From: Clostridia bacterium
Lineage (GTDB): Bacteria > Bacillota > Clostridia > Christensenellales > CAG-138
Assembly: GCA_016296415.1 (NCBI GenBank)
Contig: JAEDJH010000002.1
Location: forward strand, 1-46,808
Length of the DNA stretch: 46,808 nt
Direction: 5' to 3'
Within the stretch, counting starts at the first letter, position 1. Each line of letters opens with the position of its first letter. Both the position numbers and the translations under genes were made by a program. Shown here one piece after another: positions 35,438 through 42,980 of the stretch. The notes under the pieces were generated by a model. That model worked only from the letters and a program-made list of their open reading frames with translations. It made no database searches and was not told the origin of the DNA.

Positions 35438-35761
35438 ATGAACAGCGAATTTGTAAACGGCATTGCTGATTTTTTCAAAAACGGCGGCTTTATGATTATA
35501 TTGATGATAGGCCTGCTTGCCCTTATGATAATACCGCAGAGAAAGCGTGAAAAAAAGGTCAAAGAAATGCTCAACTCCATCAAGCCCGGTGACCGTGTTC
35601 GTACCATCGGCGGCATATACGGAACTGTGACCTCCGTTAAGGACGACTTTGTAACCATCAAGTGCGGTCCCGACCAGGCAAGGCTCGTTTTCTCCAGAAA
35701 CGCCATCGCAAACGTTGAGGATAACCCCGTGGAAAACACCATGAGCGAAGAAGTCAAATAA
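35438..35761 (+). CDS. yajC: Preprotein translocase subunit YajC
   Basis: Single TM helix followed by ..PQRKREKK..MLNSIKPGDRVRTIGGIYGTV... Start set at the internal ATG 35438. Confidence 0.88.
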   Translation: MNSEFVNGIADFFKNGGFMIILMIGLLALMIIPQRKREKKVKEMLNSIKPGDRVRTIGGIYGTVTSVKDDFVTIKCGPDQARLVFSRNAIANVEDNPVENTMSEEVK

Positions 35762-35779
35762 TTTACGGTAAGATGATCT

Positions 35780-35816
35780 GCGACCCTGCTATGAAAAGCG
35801 AGGGTCGCTTTGTTTT
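35780..35816 (+). terminator. Intrinsic terminator of yajC
   Basis: GCGACCCT / AGGGTCGC stem followed by TTTGTTTT. Confidence 0.65.
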
Positions 35817-35868
35817 ACCTTTTTATAAAGATGAGGCAATGCCTCTGTATGGCATCGCCCCGTCACCT

Positions 35869-36192
35869 TTATATGTTGTTGTCGATAAACTCGCCGAGCG
35901 AGCGTTTGCTCATGGCGCCCACGGAGCGGGCGATAACGTCGCCGTCCTTGAATATCAGCAGGGTGGGAACGGACGATATGCCGTAGCTTGATGCGATATT
36001 CGGGCATCGGTCTATATCCGCCTTGAAAAAGTCCATTTCCGAGGAATACTCCCCGATGACATCGTCGAGCGTCTGCGCCATCACCCTGCAGGGCATGCAC
36101 CACGATGCGAAAAAATCCACAAGCTTCGGCTGACCGTCCGAAAGTATCCTTTCGTCAAAGTCCGCTTCGGTTATCTGATTTATGCTGCTCAT
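35869..36192 (-). CDS. Thioredoxin family protein (WCMPC active site)
   Basis: ..DFFASWCMPCR.. in a thioredoxin fold of 107 aa. GGAGG RBS. Confidence 0.88.
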   Translation of the reverse strand: MSSINQITEADFDERILSDGQPKLVDFFASWCMPCRVMAQTLDDVIGEYSSEMDFFKADIDRCPNIASSYGISSVPTLLIFKDGDVIARSVGAMSKRSLGEFIDNNI

Positions 36193-36622
36193 TGTTTTCC
36201 TCCGATAATTCGTTTAATTCGTTTTCATTGGTTATTATGTGCAGCATTTTAGGCTTAAACTCATTTAATTTACTGAGCTTGGGTTCGAAAAGATGGACGA
36301 TCCCATAAACGGCAGCGGAAAAAAGCACGCCGAGAACTATCGCCCATATATCCGACAGAAGCGAGCCCAGTATAACGCCGAGCATCAGTCCGATAAGCGG
36401 AAGCCCGTACATAATGAGACTTGCCTTCACCATGCTTTTTGCATGAAGCTCAATGGCGACATAGTCCCCTGCGGAGGCACCGGCAGAGTTTACTATTTCG
36501 ATAACGGCTTCATCACTGCCCAGAGTGAAACACGCCTTGCAGTTTCCGCAGGCTTTTGTGCGCTTAAAGGATACCCTTGCCATGTTCCCGCATATTTCAA
36601 TTACTTTTCCGTACTGCCGCAT
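36155..36622 (-). CDS. RseC/MucC (SoxR-reducing system) family membrane protein
   Basis: N-terminal ..V.F.R..ACGNCKAC... motif, then two TM helices. GGGAG RBS. The 3' end overlaps the thioredoxin start by 38 nt. Confidence 0.75.
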   Translation of the reverse strand: MRQYGKVIEICGNMARVSFKRTKACGNCKACFTLGSDEAVIEIVNSAGASAGDYVAIELHAKSMVKASLIMYGLPLIGLMLGVILGSLLSDIWAIVLGVLFSAAVYGIVHLFEPKLSKLNEFKPKMLHIITNENELNELSEENNEQHKSDNRSGL

Positions 36623-36648
36623 ATTTTTCTCCCGGGCAAAAGGCGGTG

Positions 36649-38445
36649 CTATACTTCCTTTTCGATGATTGTTATATACAGATCATCGAGCTGCTTTTGG
36701 TCAACGACGCCTGGAGCGTCCGACATAAGGCACGATGCTGTCTGCACCTTCGGGAAAGCAATAACGTCACGAATGTTGTTTGTTCCGGTCATGAGCATAG
36801 TGAGTCTGTCAAGACCGTATGCAAGTCCGCCGTGAGGGGGCGTGCCGTATCTGAGTGCATCCATAAGGAAGCCAAAGCGATCCCATGCCTGCACCTTCGA
36901 GAAGCCGAGCAGGGAGAATATCTTCTCCTGAAGCTGGGTGGAATGGATACGGATGGAGCCGCCGCCGGCTTCATAGCCGTTGATGACCATGTCGTAAGCC
37001 TTTGCCCTTGCCTTAGAGGGGTCGGTGTCAAGAAGCTCAATATCCTCGTCCTTAGGGCTGGTGAAGGGGTGGTGCTGTGCAACGTAGCGCTTTTCCTCCT
37101 CGTCCCACTCGAACATCGGGAAATCCGTAACCCAAAGCACGTCGTCCTTTGTATGGTCGATAAGGTCGAGTCTGCGTGCAAGCTCGTTTCTGAGAGCGCC
37201 GAGCGATGCAAATACCGTGCTGTTGGAGGCGTCGGCCACAAAGAAGATTATGTCGCCCACGGCCGCATCTACGCGCTCGTGTATTGCGGCAAGCTGCTCG
37301 TCGGTCAGGAATTTTGCGAATGAGCATTGCATTCCGTCGGGCTTCATGCTCATCCATGCAAGTCCCTTTGCCCTGTAAATCTTCACAAACTCGGTAAGTT
37401 CGTCGATATTTTTGCGTGTAAACCTATCAACTGCGCCCTTGGCATTGATGCACCTGACGCTTCCGCCGCCCTCAAGAGCCGAGGTAAATACCTTGAAGCC
37501 GCAGCCTCCGACTATATCGCTTATGTCCCTAAGCTCAAGACCGAACCTCGTGTCGGGCTTATCCGAGCCGAAGCGCTCCATTGCTTCCTTATATGTAAAG
37601 CGCCTGAGAGGCAGCTCGATGTCAACGCCCTTTATCTCCTTGAAGAGCTTCTGTATGAAGCCCTCGTTGATGCTCATAACATCCTCTTCGTCAACGAAGG
37701 ACATCTCGAGGTCGATCTGCGTAAACTCGGGCTGCCTGTCGGCGCGGAGGTCCTCGTCACGGAAGCATTTGACGATCTGCATATAGCGGTCGTAGCCGGA
37801 GATCATCAAAAGCTGCTTGAAAAGCTGAGGACTTTGGGGCAGGGCATAGAATTTGCCGGGGTGAACTCTGCTCGGAACGAGGTAGTCCCTTGCGCCCTCG
37901 GGCGTGCTCTTTGTGAGCATGGGCGTTTCAATTTCCCAAAAGCCGTTTTCACCGAAATAGCGGCGTGTGCATTCGGATATTTTGTGGCGTGTGCGGAGTA
38001 TCTCCTGCATACGGGGACGCCTCAAGTCCAGATAGCGGTATTTAAGCCTTATCTGCTCCTGAGCATCAAGGTTGTCATCGACATAGATGGGCGGGGTAGA
38101 GGCTTTGCTTAAAATTTTAAGCTCCGATGCTATAAGCTCGAATGCACCCGTTGCCATGTTGGGATTGACCATTTCGGGGGCTCTGTTTTTCAGGGTACCC
38201 TTTACGGCGATAACAAATTCACTGCGTATGGTTTCAGCAAGCTCGAAAACAGACTTATCGGCAGTGCTTTCGTTAAAAACCACCTGCATGGTGCCGGTGC
38301 GGTCACGAAGTCCGATGAATATCAATGAGCCGAGGTTGCGCCATGTGCCTGCCCAACCCATGAGCAAAATTTCCTTGCCGACATCCTCCTGTGTAGGTTC
38401 GGCGCAGTAGTGTGTGCGCTTCCAGCCGCGCATAAGTTCGTCCAT
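36649..38445 (-). CDS. aspS: Aspartate--tRNA ligase
   Basis: Class IIb OB-fold N-terminus plus class II motifs (..FRDEDLRADRQPEFTQID.., ..GGGSIRIH..). Start at ATG 38445, after AAGGAGG. Confidence 0.95.
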   Translation of the reverse strand: MDELMRGWKRTHYCAEPTQEDVGKEILLMGWAGTWRNLGSLIFIGLRDRTGTMQVVFNESTADKSVFELAETIRSEFVIAVKGTLKNRAPEMVNPNMATGAFELIASELKILSKASTPPIYVDDNLDAQEQIRLKYRYLDLRRPRMQEILRTRHKISECTRRYFGENGFWEIETPMLTKSTPEGARDYLVPSRVHPGKFYALPQSPQLFKQLLMISGYDRYMQIVKCFRDEDLRADRQPEFTQIDLEMSFVDEEDVMSINEGFIQKLFKEIKGVDIELPLRRFTYKEAMERFGSDKPDTRFGLELRDISDIVGGCGFKVFTSALEGGGSVRCINAKGAVDRFTRKNIDELTEFVKIYRAKGLAWMSMKPDGMQCSFAKFLTDEQLAAIHERVDAAVGDIIFFVADASNSTVFASLGALRNELARRLDLIDHTKDDVLWVTDFPMFEWDEEEKRYVAQHHPFTSPKDEDIELLDTDPSKARAKAYDMVINGYEAGGGSIRIHSTQLQEKIFSLLGFSKVQAWDRFGFLMDALRYGTPPHGGLAYGLDRLTMLMTGTNNIRDVIAFPKVQTASCLMSDAPGVVDQKQLDDLYITIIEKEV

Positions 38446-38461
38446 AGTTTCCTCCTTAAAA

Positions 38462-39718
38462 TCAATTCGCAAGGTATTTATGCAGTTCGCTTTGCGGTAT
38501 GGTTTCTTCCGTACCGAGAGCCATGTTCTTTACGGTTATCATGCCGTTTTCAAGCTCCTTGTCGCCGATCACGCCTGTAAAGCGGACGTTCAGCTTCGAT
38601 GCGTACTTGAACTGCGCCTTTATGCTGCGCCCGACGTGGTCGATATCGGCCTTCAAGCCGTGAGCCCGAAGCTCTGCGGCAAGGCGTAGGCTGAGCAGTC
38701 GTTCCTTTTCACCGAGCGATGCGATGTAAATATCGTATGCCTTGGGTGCGGGGAACTCGATGCCCTGATTTTTTGCGACGAGCAGCAGACGCTCGAGTCC
38801 GAGTCCGAAGCCCACGGCGGGGGTGTCGCTTCCGCCGAGCTGTGCAACGAGCCTGTCATATCTTCCACCGGCGCACACAGCTCCCTGGGAGCCGATGTGG
38901 GTGGAGATTATTTCAAAAACGGTTCTTGTGTAATAGTCGAGTCCGCGAACAATGAACGGGTCAACGACGTATTCTATGCCGAGCGAGTCGAGCGAGGCCT
39001 GCAGCTCGTCAAAGTGAGCCTTGCAGTCATCGCAGATGCTGTCGAGTATTTTCGGTGCATCCTTGCAAATATCCTTGCACTTTTGCTCCTTGCAGTCGAG
39101 TATGCGAAGCGGGTTGCGTTCGAGTCTTGTTAGACAGGTGGGGCAAAGCTCGGTTTTGTATTCGTCGAGATACGCACGGAGCGCCTCGTTGTATTTTTTG
39201 CGGCAGTCGGGGCAGCCGATGCTGTTTATGTGCAGTACAAGCTCTTTTATGCCGATGGTTTTGAAAAGCTCAAGTGCTATGGAGATACACTCTGCATCCT
39301 GACTTGCCCTCGGTGCGCCGAAAACTTCTATTCCGAACTGATGATGCTCACGGTATCTGCCGGACTGCGGACGCTCATAACGGAATATGGGTGCATTGAG
39401 GTAATACATCTTCGTGGGCTGTGCATCGTTGAAAAGTCTGTTTTCGATAAACATTCTTACGACGCCGGCCGTGCCCTCGGGCTTCAGCGTGAGCGAACGT
39501 CCGCCACGGTCATCAAAAGTGTACATTTCCTTTTGCACGATATCCGTCGTATCACCCACACCGCGAGCAAAAAGCTCGGTATGCTCGATCACGGGCGTGC
39601 GTGCTTCGTTAAAGCCGTACTTATCGCAGATACTGCGAATGATGTTTTCGACGTGCTGCCATTTGTAGCTTTCGCCCGGCACTACGTCGAGTGTGCCTTT
39701 CGGTCTTTGAATTTCCAT
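38462..39718 (-). CDS. hisS: Histidine--tRNA ligase
   Basis: Class IIa motifs (..YRYERPQ.GR.REH.Q.., ..GGGRYD..). Confidence 0.95.
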   Translation of the reverse strand: MEIQRPKGTLDVVPGESYKWQHVENIIRSICDKYGFNEARTPVIEHTELFARGVGDTTDIVQKEMYTFDDRGGRSLTLKPEGTAGVVRMFIENRLFNDAQPTKMYYLNAPIFRYERPQSGRYREHHQFGIEVFGAPRASQDAECISIALELFKTIGIKELVLHINSIGCPDCRKKYNEALRAYLDEYKTELCPTCLTRLERNPLRILDCKEQKCKDICKDAPKILDSICDDCKAHFDELQASLDSLGIEYVVDPFIVRGLDYYTRTVFEIISTHIGSQGAVCAGGRYDRLVAQLGGSDTPAVGFGLGLERLLLVAKNQGIEFPAPKAYDIYIASLGEKERLLSLRLAAELRAHGLKADIDHVGRSIKAQFKYASKLNVRFTGVIGDKELENGMITVKNMALGTEETIPQSELHKYLAN

Positions 39719-39736
39719 AGTCTCCTCCGTGTCTGT

Positions 39737-39973
39737 AAAAAAGTAAAAGCGATCCTTCTATCCCAAGGGACGGAAGAACCGCGGTGCCACCCAATTTGAG
39801 CATAAAAATGCCCCACTTTTCCCGATAACGCCCTGGTGCGTCCGCCATTTCCTGCGGAGGCTCACGGTTGTCATTCATCGGGGGCAATTTCGGGGCATCT
39901 CTCAACCAAATGCCGAAGCATCGGAATGCCCTCTCTGTGCGGTTGCCGACGATTACTCTGCCGCTCATAGCCG
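39737..39973 (-). promoter_or_regulatory. T-box riboswitch leader of hisS-aspS
   Basis: The minus strand carries AGAGAG (AG bulge), the T-box sequence AAATTGGGTGGCACCGCGG (39779-39797), a terminator GCGGTTCTTC/GAAGGATCGC with TTTTACTTTTTT (39737-39782), and a candidate specifier GAC at 39870-39872, about +102 from the predicted TSS. Confidence 0.85.
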
Positions 39974-39980
39974 TTATGCG

Positions 39981-40008
39981 ATTATACCATAGGTTTGGAG
40001 AGTGTCAA
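39981..40008 (-). promoter_or_regulatory. Sigma-A promoter of the T-box / hisS / aspS transcript
   Basis: The minus strand reads TTGACA, 16 nt, TGgTATAAT. It lies 5 nt downstream of the dnaX stop. Confidence 0.65.
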
Positions 40009-40013
40009 GCGGT

Positions 40014-41582
40014 TTAATCCTCAATCTCCAAAATATTGCCGAAAAAGCGGCGAAGCTCCGAGTAGTCGCAGTCGGCCGCCATGGTCGTGAACTCTATCTT
40101 AAGCTCAGGAGCAATGCTGAAAAGCAGGCTTTCCACGGCAGTCCTTACCGACGGAGATCTCATGTGCTCGACGTGGGCGTTGTTCTCGAAAGCGATCCTG
40201 AGGATGTCATCGCTTATAAACGCTCCCTTTCTCTGCATGAACGCCGACCACGTCATCGGTTCGCTCAACTGAAGCATATCCGCAAGCTTGGCGGCTATGT
40301 CGTTGGCATTAGCCTGCGTCTTTGCGAAGGTTTTTACACGTTCTGCGGAAGCCTTGCCATCGGGAACGGAAGGATTGATGACGGCTTCCGACTTGGGCGC
40401 ATCGGTGAGAGGAAGTTCGTATCTTACGGCGATACCGTTTTTGACGTCCCTTTCGAGCCTATGCACACGGTCGGCAAGGGTATCGTATGCGATATGCTCC
40501 TCGGGCTTACATATTTTATATAGTGTGCTTTCTATAAGCACACGAGGCAGTGTAAGCCAGCGCATGTCGGACTGCGTTTTCAATAAAAGGTCTATTGAAC
40601 GGGTGAGCCTTTCGGGGGAGACGCCCTTTGCCTGCTCGATATAGCGCTGCATGGTGTCCTCGGTGCAGTCCAGCAAATCACCGCAGGAGCCGCATAGCTT
40701 TGCCATCAGCAGCGCACGCAGGTGTGATGCAAGGTCATGGACAAAAACACCGAGATCGCGCCCCGAATCGACTATCGACTGAAGCTGCAGGAATACGCTC
40801 TTTGTATCGGAAGCGAGCAAAGCATCCGCAAACGGGAAAAGTATGCGCTCATCGACGCTGCCGAGCACCTGATATACCATATCCGCCGTAATTTTTTCGC
40901 CGCAGAACGATATACATTGATCGGCAAGGCTCAAAGCATCTCTCAATGCGCCGTCGGATGCACGGGCTATGGCAAGAAGCCCCTCGTCGTCGATGGCGGC
41001 ATCTGTCTTGTCAAGCACGTCCTTCAGGCGTGCCACAATATCAGAAACCGATATGCGCTTAAAATCAAAGCGCTGACACCTTGAGGTGATGGTCGCCGGC
41101 AAGCGCTGAGGCTCAGTGGTGGCGAAAATAAACATTATATGGGAGGGAGGTTCCTCCAAAGTTTTCAGCAGCGCATTGAAGGCACTTTGCGACAGCATGT
41201 GCGCCTCGTCGATGATGTAAACCTTTTTGCCGAGCTGCAGCGGTGTGAAGGAAGCTTTATCCATAAGCTGTCGCATATCACCCACGCCGGTGTTGGAAGC
41301 GGCATCCATTTCAACGATGTCGAGCGATTCGCCTGCGCTTATGCGGCAGGCTTCGCATTTTCCGCACGGGCTGCCGTCCATCGGGGAGAGGCAGTTCACG
41401 GCACGGGCAAATATCTTTGCGGTGGAGGTTTTACCCGTACCCCTTGTGCCGCAAAAAAGATATGCATGGGCAACGTGCCCGGTGCTTATTTGATTTTTTA
41501 GTATCGTGATTATATGCTCCTGTCCGACAACATCGGAAAACACGTGCGGACGATACTTTCTGTACAAAGCTTGATAGCCCAT
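40014..41582 (-). CDS. dnaX: DNA polymerase III subunit gamma/tau
   Basis: YRKYRP..F..VVGQEHI, Walker A GTRGTGKTS, and the Zn module CxxC..C..C. Start set at MGYQALY (GAGGTGG RBS). Confidence 0.93.
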   Translation of the reverse strand: MGYQALYRKYRPHVFSDVVGQEHIITILKNQISTGHVAHAYLFCGTRGTGKTSTAKIFARAVNCLSPMDGSPCGKCEACRISAGESLDIVEMDAASNTGVGDMRQLMDKASFTPLQLGKKVYIIDEAHMLSQSAFNALLKTLEEPPSHIMFIFATTEPQRLPATITSRCQRFDFKRISVSDIVARLKDVLDKTDAAIDDEGLLAIARASDGALRDALSLADQCISFCGEKITADMVYQVLGSVDERILFPFADALLASDTKSVFLQLQSIVDSGRDLGVFVHDLASHLRALLMAKLCGSCGDLLDCTEDTMQRYIEQAKGVSPERLTRSIDLLLKTQSDMRWLTLPRVLIESTLYKICKPEEHIAYDTLADRVHRLERDVKNGIAVRYELPLTDAPKSEAVINPSVPDGKASAERVKTFAKTQANANDIAAKLADMLQLSEPMTWSAFMQRKGAFISDDILRIAFENNAHVEHMRSPSVRTAVESLLFSIAPELKIEFTTMAADCDYSELRRFFGNILEIED

Positions 41583-41712
41583 ATTCCACCTCGTGCGAAA
41601 TATCTTCAACTATACAATTATAGCATTTGCGGGCGAAAATGAAAAGTCCCGGGACAGAATAAAAGCGGCTGCTGAAAAATTTAGATATTATTCAAAATTT
41701 TTAAAATAATGC

Positions 41713-41741
41713 TTTAAATATTTGAATTTATTTGATAGAAT
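41713..41741 (+). promoter_or_regulatory. Candidate sigma-A promoter of the BMP / ABC transporter operon
   Basis: TTTAAA, 17 nt, TGaTAGAAT. Confidence 0.4.
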
Positions 41742-41755
41742 ATTCTCGTAATGCT

Positions 41756-41782
41756 GTGATTTGATATATTATCACAAATCAC
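41756..41782. promoter_or_regulatory. Imperfect palindrome (candidate operator or leader hairpin)
   Basis: GTGATTTG(ATA-TAT-TATCA)CAAATCAC. The outer arms are 8 bp. It sits between the predicted -10 and the RBS. Confidence 0.35.
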
Positions 41783-41807
41783 GGAAAAAATATTGGAGGA
41801 AAATGTT

Positions 41808-42896
41808 ATGAAGAAATTTGTCGCATTGATGCTGGCACTCTTGTTCGTATTCGCCGTTGTCGGCTGCCAGGGAATGGGCCAGAAGACCTATGAGATCGCT
41901 CTCGTTACCGACGTTGGCGATATCGACGATAAGTCTTTCAATCAGGGTACTTGGGAAGGCGTTAAGGCCTTCGCTGAGGAGAACAAGATCTCCTACCAGT
42001 ACTACCGTCCTTCCGAGAACAGCACCGAAGCTCGTATCGAGACCATGAAGTCCGCTATCGAAAAGGGTGCAAAGGTTGTTGTTTGCCCCGGTTTTCTCTT
42101 TGAAGATGCTATCTATGCAATTCAGGGCGATTATCCCGAAGTAAACTTCCTGCTCCTCGACGGCGAGCCCCACGATGCCGACTACAACTACGAGACCAAG
42201 CCCAACGTTCACTGCATCCTTTATCAGGAAGAGCAGGCCGGTTATCTTGCAGGTTACGCAGCAGTTAAAGACGGCTATAAGAACCTCGGCTTCCTCGGCG
42301 GAATGGACGTTCCCGCTGTTATCCGTTTCGGCTATGGCTTTGTACAGGGCGCAAACGCAGCAGCTGTTGAAATGGGCATCGCTGATCAGGTAAATGTTAA
42401 GTACTGGTACTCCGGCAGCTTCTCTCCCGAAGATGCTATCAAGACCAAGATGGCCGGTTGGTATTCCGAGGGCACCGAAGTCGTATTCGCTTGCGGCGGC
42501 GGTATCTACCTCTCTGCTGTTGCAGCAGCAACCGAGGCCGGCAATGCAAAGGTTATCGGCGTTGACGTTGACCAGTATGCAGAATCCGATCTCATCATCA
42601 CCTCTGCAATGAAAGAGCTTGCACAGTCCGTAATTCTTTCCCTTACCGACCTTTATGCCGCGAAGACTGAAGAATCCTTCGCATGGCCCGAGGCGTATGC
42701 AGGAAAGACCGCTAAGCTCGGCGCTGCTGACGACTGCGTAGGTCTCCCCACCGCTGAGACTTCCTGGCGTTTTGCAAACTACACCGTAGCAGAGTACGAA
42801 GCTCTCTTCGCACTTGTTAAGGACGGCACCATCGTTATTTCCGACGCAGTTGATGCAGCACCCGAAGTTGCTATCGCTGTTGACTACCAGAACTGA
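41808..42896 (+). CDS. BMP-family (PnrA/Med-like) ABC transporter substrate-binding lipoprotein
   Basis: Lipobox ..FAVVGC. ..ALVTDVGDIDDKSFNQGTWEG.. is typical of BMP/PnrA nucleoside-binding proteins. Start at ATG 41808, after GGAGG. Confidence 0.9.
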   Translation: MKKFVALMLALLFVFAVVGCQGMGQKTYEIALVTDVGDIDDKSFNQGTWEGVKAFAEENKISYQYYRPSENSTEARIETMKSAIEKGAKVVVCPGFLFEDAIYAIQGDYPEVNFLLLDGEPHDADYNYETKPNVHCILYQEEQAGYLAGYAAVKDGYKNLGFLGGMDVPAVIRFGYGFVQGANAAAVEMGIADQVNVKYWYSGSFSPEDAIKTKMAGWYSEGTEVVFACGGGIYLSAVAAATEAGNAKVIGVDVDQYAESDLIITSAMKELAQSVILSLTDLYAAKTEESFAWPEAYAGKTAKLGAADDCVGLPTAETSWRFANYTVAEYEALFALVKDGTIVISDAVDAAPEVAIAVDYQN

Positions 42897-42927
42897 TTTT
42901 TCTAAGCAAAACTCTTAGAAGCAATGA

Positions 42928-42958
42928 GGGCTGGGCGTAAAAGCCCGGCCCTTTTGTT
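42928..42958 (+). terminator. Intra-operon terminator / attenuator after the binding-protein gene
   Basis: GGGCTGGGC / GCCCGGCCC 9-bp stem followed by TTTTGTT. Confidence 0.6.
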
Positions 42959-42980
42959 ATTACCGTGAGGGGGAATCTTT

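Noticed and set aside
36577-38112. Two long plus-strand ORFs (248 and 261 aa) antisense to aspS.
   Set aside because: These are shadow ORFs opposite a highly conserved aaRS gene. They have no RBS, low-complexity Arg/Ala/Cys-rich translations and no family resemblance.
41223-41231. A possible dnaX programmed frameshift site (GGC AAA AAG on the coding strand).
   Set aside because: It is not the A-AAA-AAG heptamer. It lies in the Walker B region, far too early to yield a gamma-like product, and no downstream stem-loop was seen.
41583-41712. A search for an SRP RNA (ffs/scr) gene upstream of dnaX, as in Bacillus, or for another small RNA.
   Set aside because: The region is AT-rich with only short palindromes (TCCCGGGA, GAATATTC). 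It contains no SRP domain IV-like GGUGCU..GNAR motif and no extended helices.
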